IMG/VR virus record: IMGVR_UViG_3300029288_000156
Source: an uncultured virus (IMG/VR IMGVR_UViG_3300029288_000156)
Taxonomy: Duplodnaviria > Heunggongvirae > Uroviricota > Caudoviricetes
Direction: 5' to 3' (one strand)
Length of the DNA: 64,000 bases
Below are positions 26,106 through 35,301 of this stretch, one piece after another. Within the stretch, counting starts at the first letter, position 1. Each line of letters begins with the position of its first letter. Under the pieces are notes generated by a model. It was not told the origin of the DNA. It worked only from the letters and a program-made list of their open reading frames with translations, and searched no databases. Both the position numbers and the translations under genes were made by a program.

Positions 26106-26603
26106 TTGATGTCGATTGCAGCTAGTATGTTCGGGCCGGAATATATCGGTGCCATTCCGGTAGATCTTGGAATACTTGAGATTCAGGGTAATTCTTCCAA
26201 TATCTCTAAGTCTATAGATATTTATAGCAAAGCTCCAGCTAATTTAGAATCACTATTGCTTCCGCCAGGCGGATACATAGTTAAATATATAAGTGGTGCG
26301 TTTTTGCTGTTGAACGGAGACCCTGCTGTATTTGTCGTCGGCGGCAAACGCGGCATGAAAGTTGAATGGAAAAGCAGCAGTAGCAAGGATTGGACTTCAG
26401 TTGGTTATCCGATAGAATTAGAAGCTCCGAGTGTTGAGTCTTTTCGCTCTATCGACACAACCAACTTGAATAACTGCTTTTATTTGGAGTTTACGGCACC
26501 GCACAGATTGAGACTGACGCAGCCATGTAATTCAGTCGGTAGTGTCCGAGTCAGAATTTGGAGACATATACCGCCAGTGCTTATTGGACAACGAGAACAA
26601 TAA
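26106..26603 (+). CDS. hypothetical structural-module protein
   Basis: ORF between two large virion genes. Confidence 0.55.
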   Translation: MMSIAASMFGPEYIGAIPVDLGILEIQGNSSNISKSIDIYSKAPANLESLLLPPGGYIVKYISGAFLLLNGDPAVFVVGGKRGMKVEWKSSSSKDWTSVGYPIELEAPSVESFRSIDTTNLNNCFYLEFTAPHRLRLTQPCNSVGSVRVRIWRHIPPVLIGQREQ

Positions 26604-26604
26604 T

Positions 26605-29600
26605 ATGCCTTTCCCTAAAAATCCGAAGACTGGCGATACTGTAGTAGTTGAAGACGGGCTGACATACGTTTACGACGGAACTCTGCATATTTGGCATCAG
26701 CAAGAGGGTGGGACGATATCTTTAGCGACACCGTTGATATCTGGTCTGATGTCGTCTAGCGATCTAAAGAAATTAAATGGATTAATTGTACCTCCGCCTC
26801 AATGCACAATTACTGTAGCTGATTATGGTTATGCTTTCACTAGCGGCACAATAGCGCTAATGGAGGGAGATGAATTTATCCAGATCGATAGCGATGCGAA
26901 GATTAGTAATATATCTAGCATTAGTCGTCAAATTCATCAAAACACTTATGCATTCAACTTCACTATCGATACGAATGCGTTTTTTCAGCATATGATCGAT
27001 AGCGGACGATTTGTTGTTCGATCCCCACGAGGTGCCCAGGGCGATAAAGGGAATACTGGGGCGAGAGGGGCAGATAATTTACCGTATGGGCCAGACGGTC
27101 CTGCTGGCGATGACGGTGCGAATGCCCCATCGAGCATTACAGTACAGCCAGAACCGGCATCGCTGGAGAGAGTTAGTCAGAGTGTCACACGCGCGGTGAC
27201 ATCGATAACAACAGAAGAAGTTAGTGAAACAGAGAACTATCTGGTTGTTACTAGGTCGATTATTGGGAACCCAGATGCTTGTCCGTCGCAGTTAAAACTG
27301 TCATCGACTGCAAATAGTAATTGGTTGATAGCACTTCCGAATTCAGTATCGCAGGCCATCATAACGTGGCTTCCTGACACTTGTTATAGTAATTCGCAAC
27401 AAGTCTATTATATTGATGTTTCCGGTATCCTTAGCGCAATTGAGACGGAATTCAACCGTGAAGTAGCAGCTATCAAGAGTGATTGTGAAAATATCGTGCA
27501 ATTCTGGCTATCAATCATGGCCGGTCTTTTTGATGAGCAGAAAGCAGCGTTATGTTGTGCTCTTGAGTATTGCCAATCTCAATCAAGGAATGCTGAAACT
27601 AGAAAGTATATTGAAGAGCAAAGAATTCAAGCCGCACAGGCCATAACGCTTAAAGGCAGTTCATCGACATCTGTTTCATTTACTGATCCAGTTACCGGAA
27701 ATCTCACCACAGTGTCGAATGCAGCGATCCAATCGACGGCTCAAAGCATAGTGATTGATGGTAATCCGAGGCAGAGTGGAAAATCTGTCGTCAATACGAC
27801 GATTATGGATCAAGCATGTGGTACTGGTTTTGGTGCCAAGAATATACACAACCTACCGAACAATCAAGACCCAGTTGGAGGTACACCATGCGTTCCTGGT
27901 ATTATCTTGTCATCAGATGGTAAAGCCTTGAAATATGATGAATGCCCGCCGGGGTTTATACCTAGGTATGTTGAACGAGATGCCGTATTGACGTCTTCTG
28001 CTGCAGCGGTCCCAGTAACCAATTACCCTGCTGATTATAATGTGTCGTTAGATATACCAGAAACGGGCAGCGGAACGTCGCAGGTTTCGCAAGGGACGAT
28101 CTATGGCAAGATAACACCAGGGGTTAATCTTTATTTGCCGCCTGGGGTATCATTAGCACGCAAATTGGCAATAAATGCATTTCGATCTAATAATATCGCC
28201 ACAAGTTCTGAATTGCGTGTAACTGTTACTGGCAGCCCAATATCATTGTGCAAATCGGTGACTGTATATGTGAAGTCGACTGGCGGTACGACTTTGGCAT
28301 ATGGCCAGACGAATAGCGATGGAGACATCTATTTTAAGAACCTATCAAGTCTAGAACAATATAACATTACGTTAGAGAAAAGCGGATGTTTATTTGCTCC
28401 ACCCAGTTGGTCGTTGGTGCAGCCAGAGACATTACAAATAACACAACTACAATCTACTGTAACAACCGGCGTCACGACAACTCCGATCCAGCAAATAGTT
28501 AAGTGCTCGTCTGGCTCAAATGTCCTTGTTGTTACCGTTCGCGGCGATGCAGAAGGTATCAATAGCACATGGGTCTCGATACGATATTATGCTACCGGCT
28601 ATACGTTATGTGCTGCATATGCAGGTACATCGACCACAAATCAAGGTGAGATAGTCTTTACCGGGATACCAGACGGTCTCTGGGTCGTATATGCAGGAAC
28701 CGACGACACTTCAGAAACCGATCCAAATTATTATCAAGTAGACCAGCCTTGCAATCCTGTTGCGAATCCAGTATCTCAACAGGCTGTAGAGTTGCGAAGT
28801 TGCAGAACGGTGCAATTTGTTCATAGAACAGACGGTAGCCAGAACTTAGCTAGAATGTCATTTGATGTTCTTACAATAGCGAAACCAACATCAACATGGG
28901 TCTTGGAATCAAGTGTTCCAGCCGAGCTAATAATGCCGGGCGACACAAGATTTGAGACGCTAGTGAAACAACAAATATTGGCCGATCCCAATTCTGATTT
29001 GTCGTTATCTAAAACGATGTCTGCGTTCGAGATTAGTGAGCCTGTCGTTTTGAAGATTGAATCTGCTGCAGATTTTGATATCTATTATACTGATAGGTTT
29101 GGTGTGGATTATCACGACAATCTTGGTATAATGGCATCCAGTGATGGAGAGTTTTACGACAAGCTCTTCAACGGCACTTACAATATCTGTGTGGTTAATA
29201 AATCAGGAAAGCCGTCTAGTTTTAGTTTGTCGTCGCCAACGCACAATATGAAAATTTTGCAAGGTGCCGGTGATGGTTGGTCTAGTTCTTTAATTCAAGC
29301 AGACAATAGTATTAGAACATCACAAGGCCCAACAGAGGCTTGGTGGTTGCAAATCCGCATAGATCACCCACAGCGCTTGCAACAACCATATTCTACAAGC
29401 TGCGGTGCCATTGGACCTAGACCATCTAAGACTGATAAGAGATTCTGTCGCGAATTGCCGAATGGTAGTGGTAGCGTTTTGACACGCGATTTCGCAATCG
29501 GCGATGGCTCATTATCAACTTGGTACACTAGTAGATGTGGTACAAAGCCGGTTCCGGATGCTATTTCGATAACTGTTGATAGACCGTTTTCTATTGACGA

Positions 29601-30627
29601 TTTGATTTTATGCCGCGTAGCACCAAATGCTTATTCTGGCGGGTTTAATATTGGTTCAGAGAAGCGTAGTGTTCAAATAATTATTGAACAACTTGAGCCG
29701 GTTGAAGTTGTGCCAGATCAAGCGACTGACGCTGTAGGTGGTAATAGCTACCGATGCACTCTGTTAGGATGGAACACAAATGATTGCATAGGTGATGTAT
29801 CTAACTTCGGATCTGCTGTCGTGATTGCCAATTGTGCCGATTGGTCATTAAACGGTGCATGGACCATGGCTGGTGTTGAAGTTAAATTCAATGCTAAAGC
29901 TATTAATAATTTGTCGTCTAATGATAGTGTCGAACTTCTACTTCATGTTGATGAGAGTAATTCCGGCTTTTTTAAGGCCGCATCTGCAGAATTGCCGAAG
30001 GGCGAATATGTAGTCGATATAATTGATTGCTGCTTCCGGTCAGGCGAACAATATACAGGTCATGTGGAGATCGAATATCAATCGACTAATGGTAAGACAA
30101 TCAAGAGATTCCCGAATCTCGGTGCTTATTCAGATGAAGACGTCGCTAGATCTAACTATCGTGGTCTAACTATTGAAATAGATCACCAAGGTGGGGCTGC
30201 TAGTGCTAAATTAGTTTCACCTGTGCTATTGGATGGATCGGGCAAAGTAAGTGTAAGATTCACTGAAAAGGATTCATTCGTACAGAATGAATCACAAACC
30301 GTTCCAATAGAAGACACCTGTGCAATCAGTTACGCACAAATCAGAATGATGGAAGGATGGCACCAAACGGACAAAGGCGGAATAGTTGTTGATTTAGCTG
30401 GACAAGATTATATCATAACGCAGCATTACATAGATGGTATGCAAGCCTGCGTTGAAAAATATGACCGACCAGCATTCGCTTGGCCGACACTTGATGGAGT
30501 ACACTTTGCTAATGTTCCTGAAAGTGGGATTGTTTCATTTAAGCGAGTGCCGCAACTTGAGGCTATCGCTAGATCTGTAATTAAAGATGTAGATATTAAC
30601 ACAATCCTATTTCCGATCATAGCCTAA
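26605..30627 (+). CDS. large virion/tail-associated protein, paralogous N-terminus to 22117-26094
   Basis: FPKNPKTGD..YVYDG..W; GLMSSSDLKKL; GAQGDKGNTGARG; Ig-like beta-rich middle. Confidence 0.75.
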   Translation: MPFPKNPKTGDTVVVEDGLTYVYDGTLHIWHQQEGGTISLATPLISGLMSSSDLKKLNGLIVPPPQCTITVADYGYAFTSGTIALMEGDEFIQIDSDAKISNISSISRQIHQNTYAFNFTIDTNAFFQHMIDSGRFVVRSPRGAQGDKGNTGARGADNLPYGPDGPAGDDGANAPSSITVQPEPASLERVSQSVTRAVTSITTEEVSETENYLVVTRSIIGNPDACPSQLKLSSTANSNWLIALPNSVSQAIITWLPDTCYSNSQQVYYIDVSGILSAIETEFNREVAAIKSDCENIVQFWLSIMAGLFDEQKAALCCALEYCQSQSRNAETRKYIEEQRIQAAQAITLKGSSSTSVSFTDPVTGNLTTVSNAAIQSTAQSIVIDGNPRQSGKSVVNTTIMDQACGTGFGAKNIHNLPNNQDPVGGTPCVPGIILSSDGKALKYDECPPGFIPRYVERDAVLTSSAAAVPVTNYPADYNVSLDIPETGSGTSQVSQGTIYGKITPGVNLYLPPGVSLARKLAINAFRSNNIATSSELRVTVTGSPISLCKSVTVYVKSTGGTTLAYGQTNSDGDIYFKNLSSLEQYNITLEKSGCLFAPPSWSLVQPETLQITQLQSTVTTGVTTTPIQQIVKCSSGSNVLVVTVRGDAEGINSTWVSIRYYATGYTLCAAYAGTSTTNQGEIVFTGIPDGLWVVYAGTDDTSETDPNYYQVDQPCNPVANPVSQQAVELRSCRTVQFVHRTDGSQNLARMSFDVLTIAKPTSTWVLESSVPAELIMPGDTRFETLVKQQILADPNSDLSLSKTMSAFEISEPVVLKIESAADFDIYYTDRFGVDYHDNLGIMASSDGEFYDKLFNGTYNICVVNKSGKPSSFSLSSPTHNMKILQGAGDGWSSSLIQADNSIRTSQGPTEAWWLQIRIDHPQRLQQPYSTSCGAIGPRPSKTDKRFCRELPNGSGSVLTRDFAIGDGSLSTWYTSRCGTKPVPDAISITVDRPFSIDDLILCRVAPNAYSGGFNIGSEKRSVQIIIEQLEPVEVVPDQATDAVGGNSYRCTLLGWNTNDCIGDVSNFGSAVVIANCADWSLNGAWTMAGVEVKFNAKAINNLSSNDSVELLLHVDESNSGFFKAASAELPKGEYVVDIIDCCFRSGEQYTGHVEIEYQSTNGKTIKRFPNLGAYSDEDVARSNYRGLTIEIDHQGGAASAKLVSPVLLDGSGKVSVRFTEKDSFVQNESQTVPIEDTCAISYAQIRMMEGWHQTDKGGIVVDLAGQDYIITQHYIDGMQACVEKYDRPAFAWPTLDGVHFANVPESGIVSFKRVPQLEAIARSVIKDVDINTILFPIIA

Positions 30628-30629
30628 TC

Positions 30630-31163
30630 ATGAAGAAGATAAACTCGAACGAGTTTTGCTATCTGGCTAAATCAGAATTATTCCTGACTTGGTTGCAAAA
30701 CCTAAGCTCTGATATGCACGTTGACCTGATTAATTTTCTTGCTAGTGGGAAAGGGTGCTCAGAGAACAGGGCTAAGATGTATGATTTATTGCAGGCTATT
30801 GTCAATAATAGGCAATGGGCAGTAGCTCTTGAATCGTTCTTGGTACGTAATTTTCCAAATATGCTTGTAGATGACGCCAAGCCACAGGCACAGGCGTCAT
30901 CTAGAGGAGCGGATAATAAGCACAAGGTCTTTGCTTATTACGACCCATCTTTGGCGACATTCCCTAGAAGGATAATATTCTCCAGCGATGATCTCCAGAA
31001 ACAGGTCCGCGATTTTTGTGCTAAACAATTCTACTGTGAGTGGATTATCGTAGAAGACCGTGCGTATGTCGAGTATGTTCCGCATAACGCGGCGGTCAAT
31101 AAGTCAGAAATCCCCGAGAAGAATTGGCAAATTAGGGCCTTCAAAAAGAAATCTAATATATGA
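30630..31163 (+). CDS. hypothetical protein
   Basis: 177-aa ORF in the operon. Confidence 0.6.
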   Translation: MKKINSNEFCYLAKSELFLTWLQNLSSDMHVDLINFLASGKGCSENRAKMYDLLQAIVNNRQWAVALESFLVRNFPNMLVDDAKPQAQASSRGADNKHKVFAYYDPSLATFPRRIIFSSDDLQKQVRDFCAKQFYCEWIIVEDRAYVEYVPHNAAVNKSEIPEKNWQIRAFKKKSNI

Positions 31164-31179
31164 CGCTCAAAAATATCAT

Positions 31180-33690
31180 ATGAACGATAAGCCGCGAAAT
31201 GTCAAAAACGCTGCGGATGTAGGAAAAGATGAAACGGATGACATCAATGTCATGGGTCATCCAGAGCGAATCGTCAAACAACCCGGCAAGCCGGTCAAGA
31301 GGGTTCTTAACGAGCTTGATCCAGAGTGCCGCGACGATATCGAGGCACCAATTCGATTACAGGAGCTAGCAATGGCACAATCACGTCTATCCGAAGCCGT
31401 CCAGGACCACAAGGGCGTCAAAGGCGACTTTATGACTAATATGGGTGGTAAGACCGACAAGCTCGGTGGAAGTCAAAAGAATACTGGTGCCGGTATCGAA
31501 AAGTTCGGCGAGAGCACTTCTGGTGAAGCTACCGATGGCATTACCACGAAGTTGAAGGACCTCAATTTGAGGACCAAACAGAAGAATACAGGCGGGACCT
31601 TCGAGACGCAGAACATTTCTGCTGGCAGTGCCGACGACGGCATTACTACTGCCATCAAGACGATGGGTGCCGAGCTGGGTCAGAATTCGATGCAGAAGAA
31701 CAAAGGTGGCCAATTCGAGCCTCTGAAGGGCAGCCGAGACACGATGGGAAATAGTGTGGCCGAGCAGTGGTCGCTCGACAACATCGCAACCATCATGGAA
31801 GGCGATAGCATCAACCTCCAGGATTTGTTCGATTCATACAGCAAGAATTCATCCTACGTCTGTTTGGAAGATTTCCAACAGCTCTGCAACGCTCACGGCG
31901 TCCAGACAATTCTATCCGAGCAGAACATGAAAGCCTTGATGAGCGCGAGCCGCAAGTACATGTTCTACGAGGGTAATGATGCCAGTGGTCGGTTCTGGCA
32001 GCCACAGCCCCTGAGTGAGATGGTCGGGACTGGTGCAGTCGCTGCTGCTCCTGTGGCAGAAGACGACGAGATTCCTCCTGAAGTAGATGACGGGTTGGCT
32101 CCTGAAGTAGACGAAGTTCCCGAGATTCCTGGTGAAGAAGGTGAAATCGAAGCTGGTATCGAGGTTGAGGAACAACCTGATGACTTGGCCGATGTTTTCC
32201 AGCAAATTGGCGTCGATTTTGAGCGAGCCGCCAACATGATGGCTGGGCATGACGAGTCAGCCGAGACACCGGAAGACGAGGCTGCCGAAGGCGACCGCCC
32301 TTTTGACGAAATTGAGGGTGGTGAAGGTGAAGAGGAGACAGCCGAATGCACCGAGGAGGTCTGCGAAGACGCTCCTGGTGATGAAGCTGGCGAATCAGCC
32401 GAATCTGGTGGCCTGATCAACAAGATTGCTTCAGGAGTTAAGGGAAAAGCAGCCTCTGTGGCCATGAAGGGCCGTGAAGAGGACGAGCAGAACGCAGTTG
32501 ACCCGGCAAAAGAAGTCGTGAAGGTCGAATCTCGACACAAGTGTGCCAAATGTGGCACGACCTTGGATGAGAGTGGCTGCGTCATGTGTGATTTCTTGCG
32601 TGAGAGCAGCGATATCGGCGAAATGAACGGCGAAGACGCCAAAGCCGACAAGAATGGCCACTACACGTCTGATAAGACGAAGAAGGGCCAAGGGGAACTC
32701 GGCAAGAAGGTTCCTCCGCAAGAGACATGCGAAAGCACATCTGGTGCGGCGTCTGATGGAATCACCAGCGAAATCCCCGGCAAGCAGACTCCGTTGAAGC
32801 CCAAGATGAAGAATACGGGCGGGCAGGCTGCGTTTAAGGGTGGCTCTGGAACGATGAAGGAGAACATTCTTCGTCTGTCGCATGTGATCAAGGAAGCCAT
32901 CACTCGCGGTGCCAAGAAGATTGGTAGAGCTGGCAAGTACACAGTGCGGTTCGGCGTCACAGCAGAGGGCTCGAAGGCCGTTTTCCCAACGCTTACCGAC
33001 GCTCTGGCCGTGGTTGAGGAATTGCTGCAGGTGTGCGAAAACAAGGCTGTCATGCTTGAAGCCTTGTATTCTATCCCCCATCAGAAGGAAGTCATTTATC
33101 GACACCGCTTGCCGTTGACCAAAATCAAGCGGCGTGATCCGATCTCTTGTGAAGGCAAGATTTTATTCAAGACCGGCAAGGTTGCGAATGCCTTCGCAGA
33201 CCGTGTGGTTTCGGAAGGTGTCGCTTGCCGCGTGAAGAATCACAACTGGGGTGCCGCCGTTGTTGGTACTTTCAGCTGGCCAATCGCGCAACGAGCTTTC
33301 CAAACGATGTCGGAAGCTTGGGGAACCCAAATCCATACACCAGAACGTGAAGCATTTCATCGTGGCCATGAGGACCAGTGGGATGATTTTGGCGGCGAGC
33401 AAGGGCTTGGCGGTGAGCCTGAACTTGATGACGAGCCAGAGTACAACACTGGTGCTCCCGGCAACATCGACCCAGAAGGCGATATGTGCCCGAACTGTGG
33501 GTCTGTTGAATCGCCCGACGAGCACGGCATGTGTTACGGCTGCGGCGAGCGTAGAGCCGCTGCTGAACCAGAGCTTGAGCTTGGTGCAATGAATGACCAA
33601 GACCTTGCTGACACAGACGAATACCTTGATTTTGAGCAAGGATTTCAACCACGGAGACCAATGCCGCGACCAATGCCGCGACGAGTGTAA
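31180..33690 (+). CDS. large acidic low-complexity protein, probable head internal/scaffold-type
   Basis: E/D-rich tracts; repeated (K)NTGG and DGIT motifs; two Zn ribbons; many [LIM]xE sites. Confidence 0.6.
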   Translation: MNDKPRNVKNAADVGKDETDDINVMGHPERIVKQPGKPVKRVLNELDPECRDDIEAPIRLQELAMAQSRLSEAVQDHKGVKGDFMTNMGGKTDKLGGSQKNTGAGIEKFGESTSGEATDGITTKLKDLNLRTKQKNTGGTFETQNISAGSADDGITTAIKTMGAELGQNSMQKNKGGQFEPLKGSRDTMGNSVAEQWSLDNIATIMEGDSINLQDLFDSYSKNSSYVCLEDFQQLCNAHGVQTILSEQNMKALMSASRKYMFYEGNDASGRFWQPQPLSEMVGTGAVAAAPVAEDDEIPPEVDDGLAPEVDEVPEIPGEEGEIEAGIEVEEQPDDLADVFQQIGVDFERAANMMAGHDESAETPEDEAAEGDRPFDEIEGGEGEEETAECTEEVCEDAPGDEAGESAESGGLINKIASGVKGKAASVAMKGREEDEQNAVDPAKEVVKVESRHKCAKCGTTLDESGCVMCDFLRESSDIGEMNGEDAKADKNGHYTSDKTKKGQGELGKKVPPQETCESTSGAASDGITSEIPGKQTPLKPKMKNTGGQAAFKGGSGTMKENILRLSHVIKEAITRGAKKIGRAGKYTVRFGVTAEGSKAVFPTLTDALAVVEELLQVCENKAVMLEALYSIPHQKEVIYRHRLPLTKIKRRDPISCEGKILFKTGKVANAFADRVVSEGVACRVKNHNWGAAVVGTFSWPIAQRAFQTMSEAWGTQIHTPEREAFHRGHEDQWDDFGGEQGLGGEPELDDEPEYNTGAPGNIDPEGDMCPNCGSVESPDEHGMCYGCGERRAAAEPELELGAMNDQDLADTDEYLDFEQGFQPRRPMPRPMPRRV

Positions 33691-33702
33691 CTGCGAACCT
33701 CA

Positions 33703-33751
33703 ACAAAGGCGACAGATAGCGGCTGACGTACCGCATAACTGTCGCCTTTGT
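33703..33751. terminator. hairpin after the acidic gene
   Basis: ACAAAGGCGACAG...CTGTCGCCTTTGT 13-bp stem plus inner GCGG/CCGC. Confidence 0.55.
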
Positions 33752-33770
33752 CGTATCTGGTAGATATATT

Positions 33771-34061
33771 ATGCGTACGATTAGGATTCCTATTGTCGAA
33801 AGCAAACAAAGCGCTCAAGCGAGGCTTTTCCGTAAACTACCTCCGGTAGCGAAGGAACTGTTTGTGGTTATCTCTAAATTGTCGCAGCTTAGAGATGTCG
33901 TCTCGATCGATGATATTAGGAATCTGAATATGTTCGGAGCCACACGAGATATTGAAAACCTCCTATACACTTTAGAATCACGTGGCTTCGGCGAAGTTAC
34001 GATAAATGGTGCTGAAACCAATTTCACACCTAATAAAATATTGGTACAATCAGTTCTATGA
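33771..34061 (+). CDS. small wHTH-like protein
   Basis: IENLLYTLESRGFGEV pattern. Confidence 0.55.
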   Translation: MRTIRIPIVESKQSAQARLFRKLPPVAKELFVVISKLSQLRDVVSIDDIRNLNMFGATRDIENLLYTLESRGFGEVTINGAETNFTPNKILVQSVL

Positions 34062-35257
34062 AATTACTAGCAGAGAAGAGTCTCAGAGATACTGGTAGCC
34101 GTCGTCTTGGTAAGCATAAATATCCAAGATCATCATTCAATTATCTGTCATATGATACCGACCCAAAGCCTGATATTCTTGTTCTTGGCGACTGGAAGCA
34201 TCCAAGAACTAAGAATAATTTAGTTGCTGGGGTAAATTTGAATTATTTGTCTAGTGGCCAACTAGAAAAGCTACGTAAGATAGCTGATAAAATCTTCCGA
34301 AGAGATTCATTACGTTCAAGATATAGATTCCTAAAATCGGCATTACCAGATGTCGCTATGTACTATCGGACATATGATTCCAAGTACATTAAGAGCATAG
34401 AACGTAGTGCGCTTGATTCATACGTCAAGGCTAAGCCGACGTCCAGAGATGAGAAAGCACAGACTACTGCTGATACTGGTAAAGCTACACACGTCCAAGA
34501 ACCAGAAAAGGATATAGACAAGCATTCCGATGAATTAGATCGTGAGACATGGCAGACGAAGCGACGGCTTTACGAACCAGAAAAACAAAGGCGTAGAACA
34601 TCACCAGAACGCATTGGTATTTCTGGGAGCGAATTAGCGAAAAAGGCTAAGGATGCGAGATATAAACGCGATAGGCGGAAGCTTAAGGAACTAGAGCGTC
34701 AACTAGCTCTAGATAGGGAATTGCGCAGGCAAGCTGAATTATCTAGGAAACCAGAAGAGCCGAAGGAGCCAGAAGCACCGGAAGATAGACGCCGACGTAG
34801 GACTGGAGATTATGGCCCGGAATACCATTTAGACGATTTAGGATATGAGTCATACATTAAAGATCATAAGCCGGGTTCAAAGTTGATCACCGAAGCTAAG
34901 CATAAAAGCCTATTTGCAGTTTTTGATGTTTTGTCTGAGCGATTTATTGTTGATTCTGTTATCAGCCATGCAGAAATGCTCTTTGATGCAGGGTGGGATT
35001 ATGACCATACTGTGTTATTCGAAGTAGCTGACAACGAGCTTGTCATAAGATCAGATTGCCCTGATGTCGCTATAAGACGTGCCATTGAATGCTTCAAGAA
35101 GGGTACTGTTAAAAATATTCTTCTTGAATCTAGGTTTAAAGATCCTAGTTATGATCCTGAACACCCCGAGGAATGTTGTCCTCATTGCGGGGCCAGACAA
35201 GAACGCGGTGATAATGGAAATTGCAACCGCTGTGGTAAGCCTTGGCCTGAAGAGTAA
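34058..35257 (+). CDS. T4 gp2 (DNA end protector)-like N-terminal domain with charged extension and C-terminal Zn ribbon
   Basis: YDTDPKPDILVL...GVNLNYL...YRTY resembles the gp2 D..P....GLNLHYL motif; CPHCG..CNRCG. Confidence 0.5.
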   Translation: MKLLAEKSLRDTGSRRLGKHKYPRSSFNYLSYDTDPKPDILVLGDWKHPRTKNNLVAGVNLNYLSSGQLEKLRKIADKIFRRDSLRSRYRFLKSALPDVAMYYRTYDSKYIKSIERSALDSYVKAKPTSRDEKAQTTADTGKATHVQEPEKDIDKHSDELDRETWQTKRRLYEPEKQRRRTSPERIGISGSELAKKAKDARYKRDRRKLKELERQLALDRELRRQAELSRKPEEPKEPEAPEDRRRRRTGDYGPEYHLDDLGYESYIKDHKPGSKLITEAKHKSLFAVFDVLSERFIVDSVISHAEMLFDAGWDYDHTVLFEVADNELVIRSDCPDVAIRRAIECFKKGTVKNILLESRFKDPSYDPEHPEECCPHCGARQERGDNGNCNRCGKPWPEE

Positions 35258-35301
35258 TTATCACCGCCCAAAGATATAAATGACCATTTTGGAGAAATAA
35301 G

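Noticed and set aside
33655..33683. 12-bp tandem repeat near the end of 31180-33690
   Set aside because: It is a coding repeat (RPMP x2), unrelated to the pentamer arrays.
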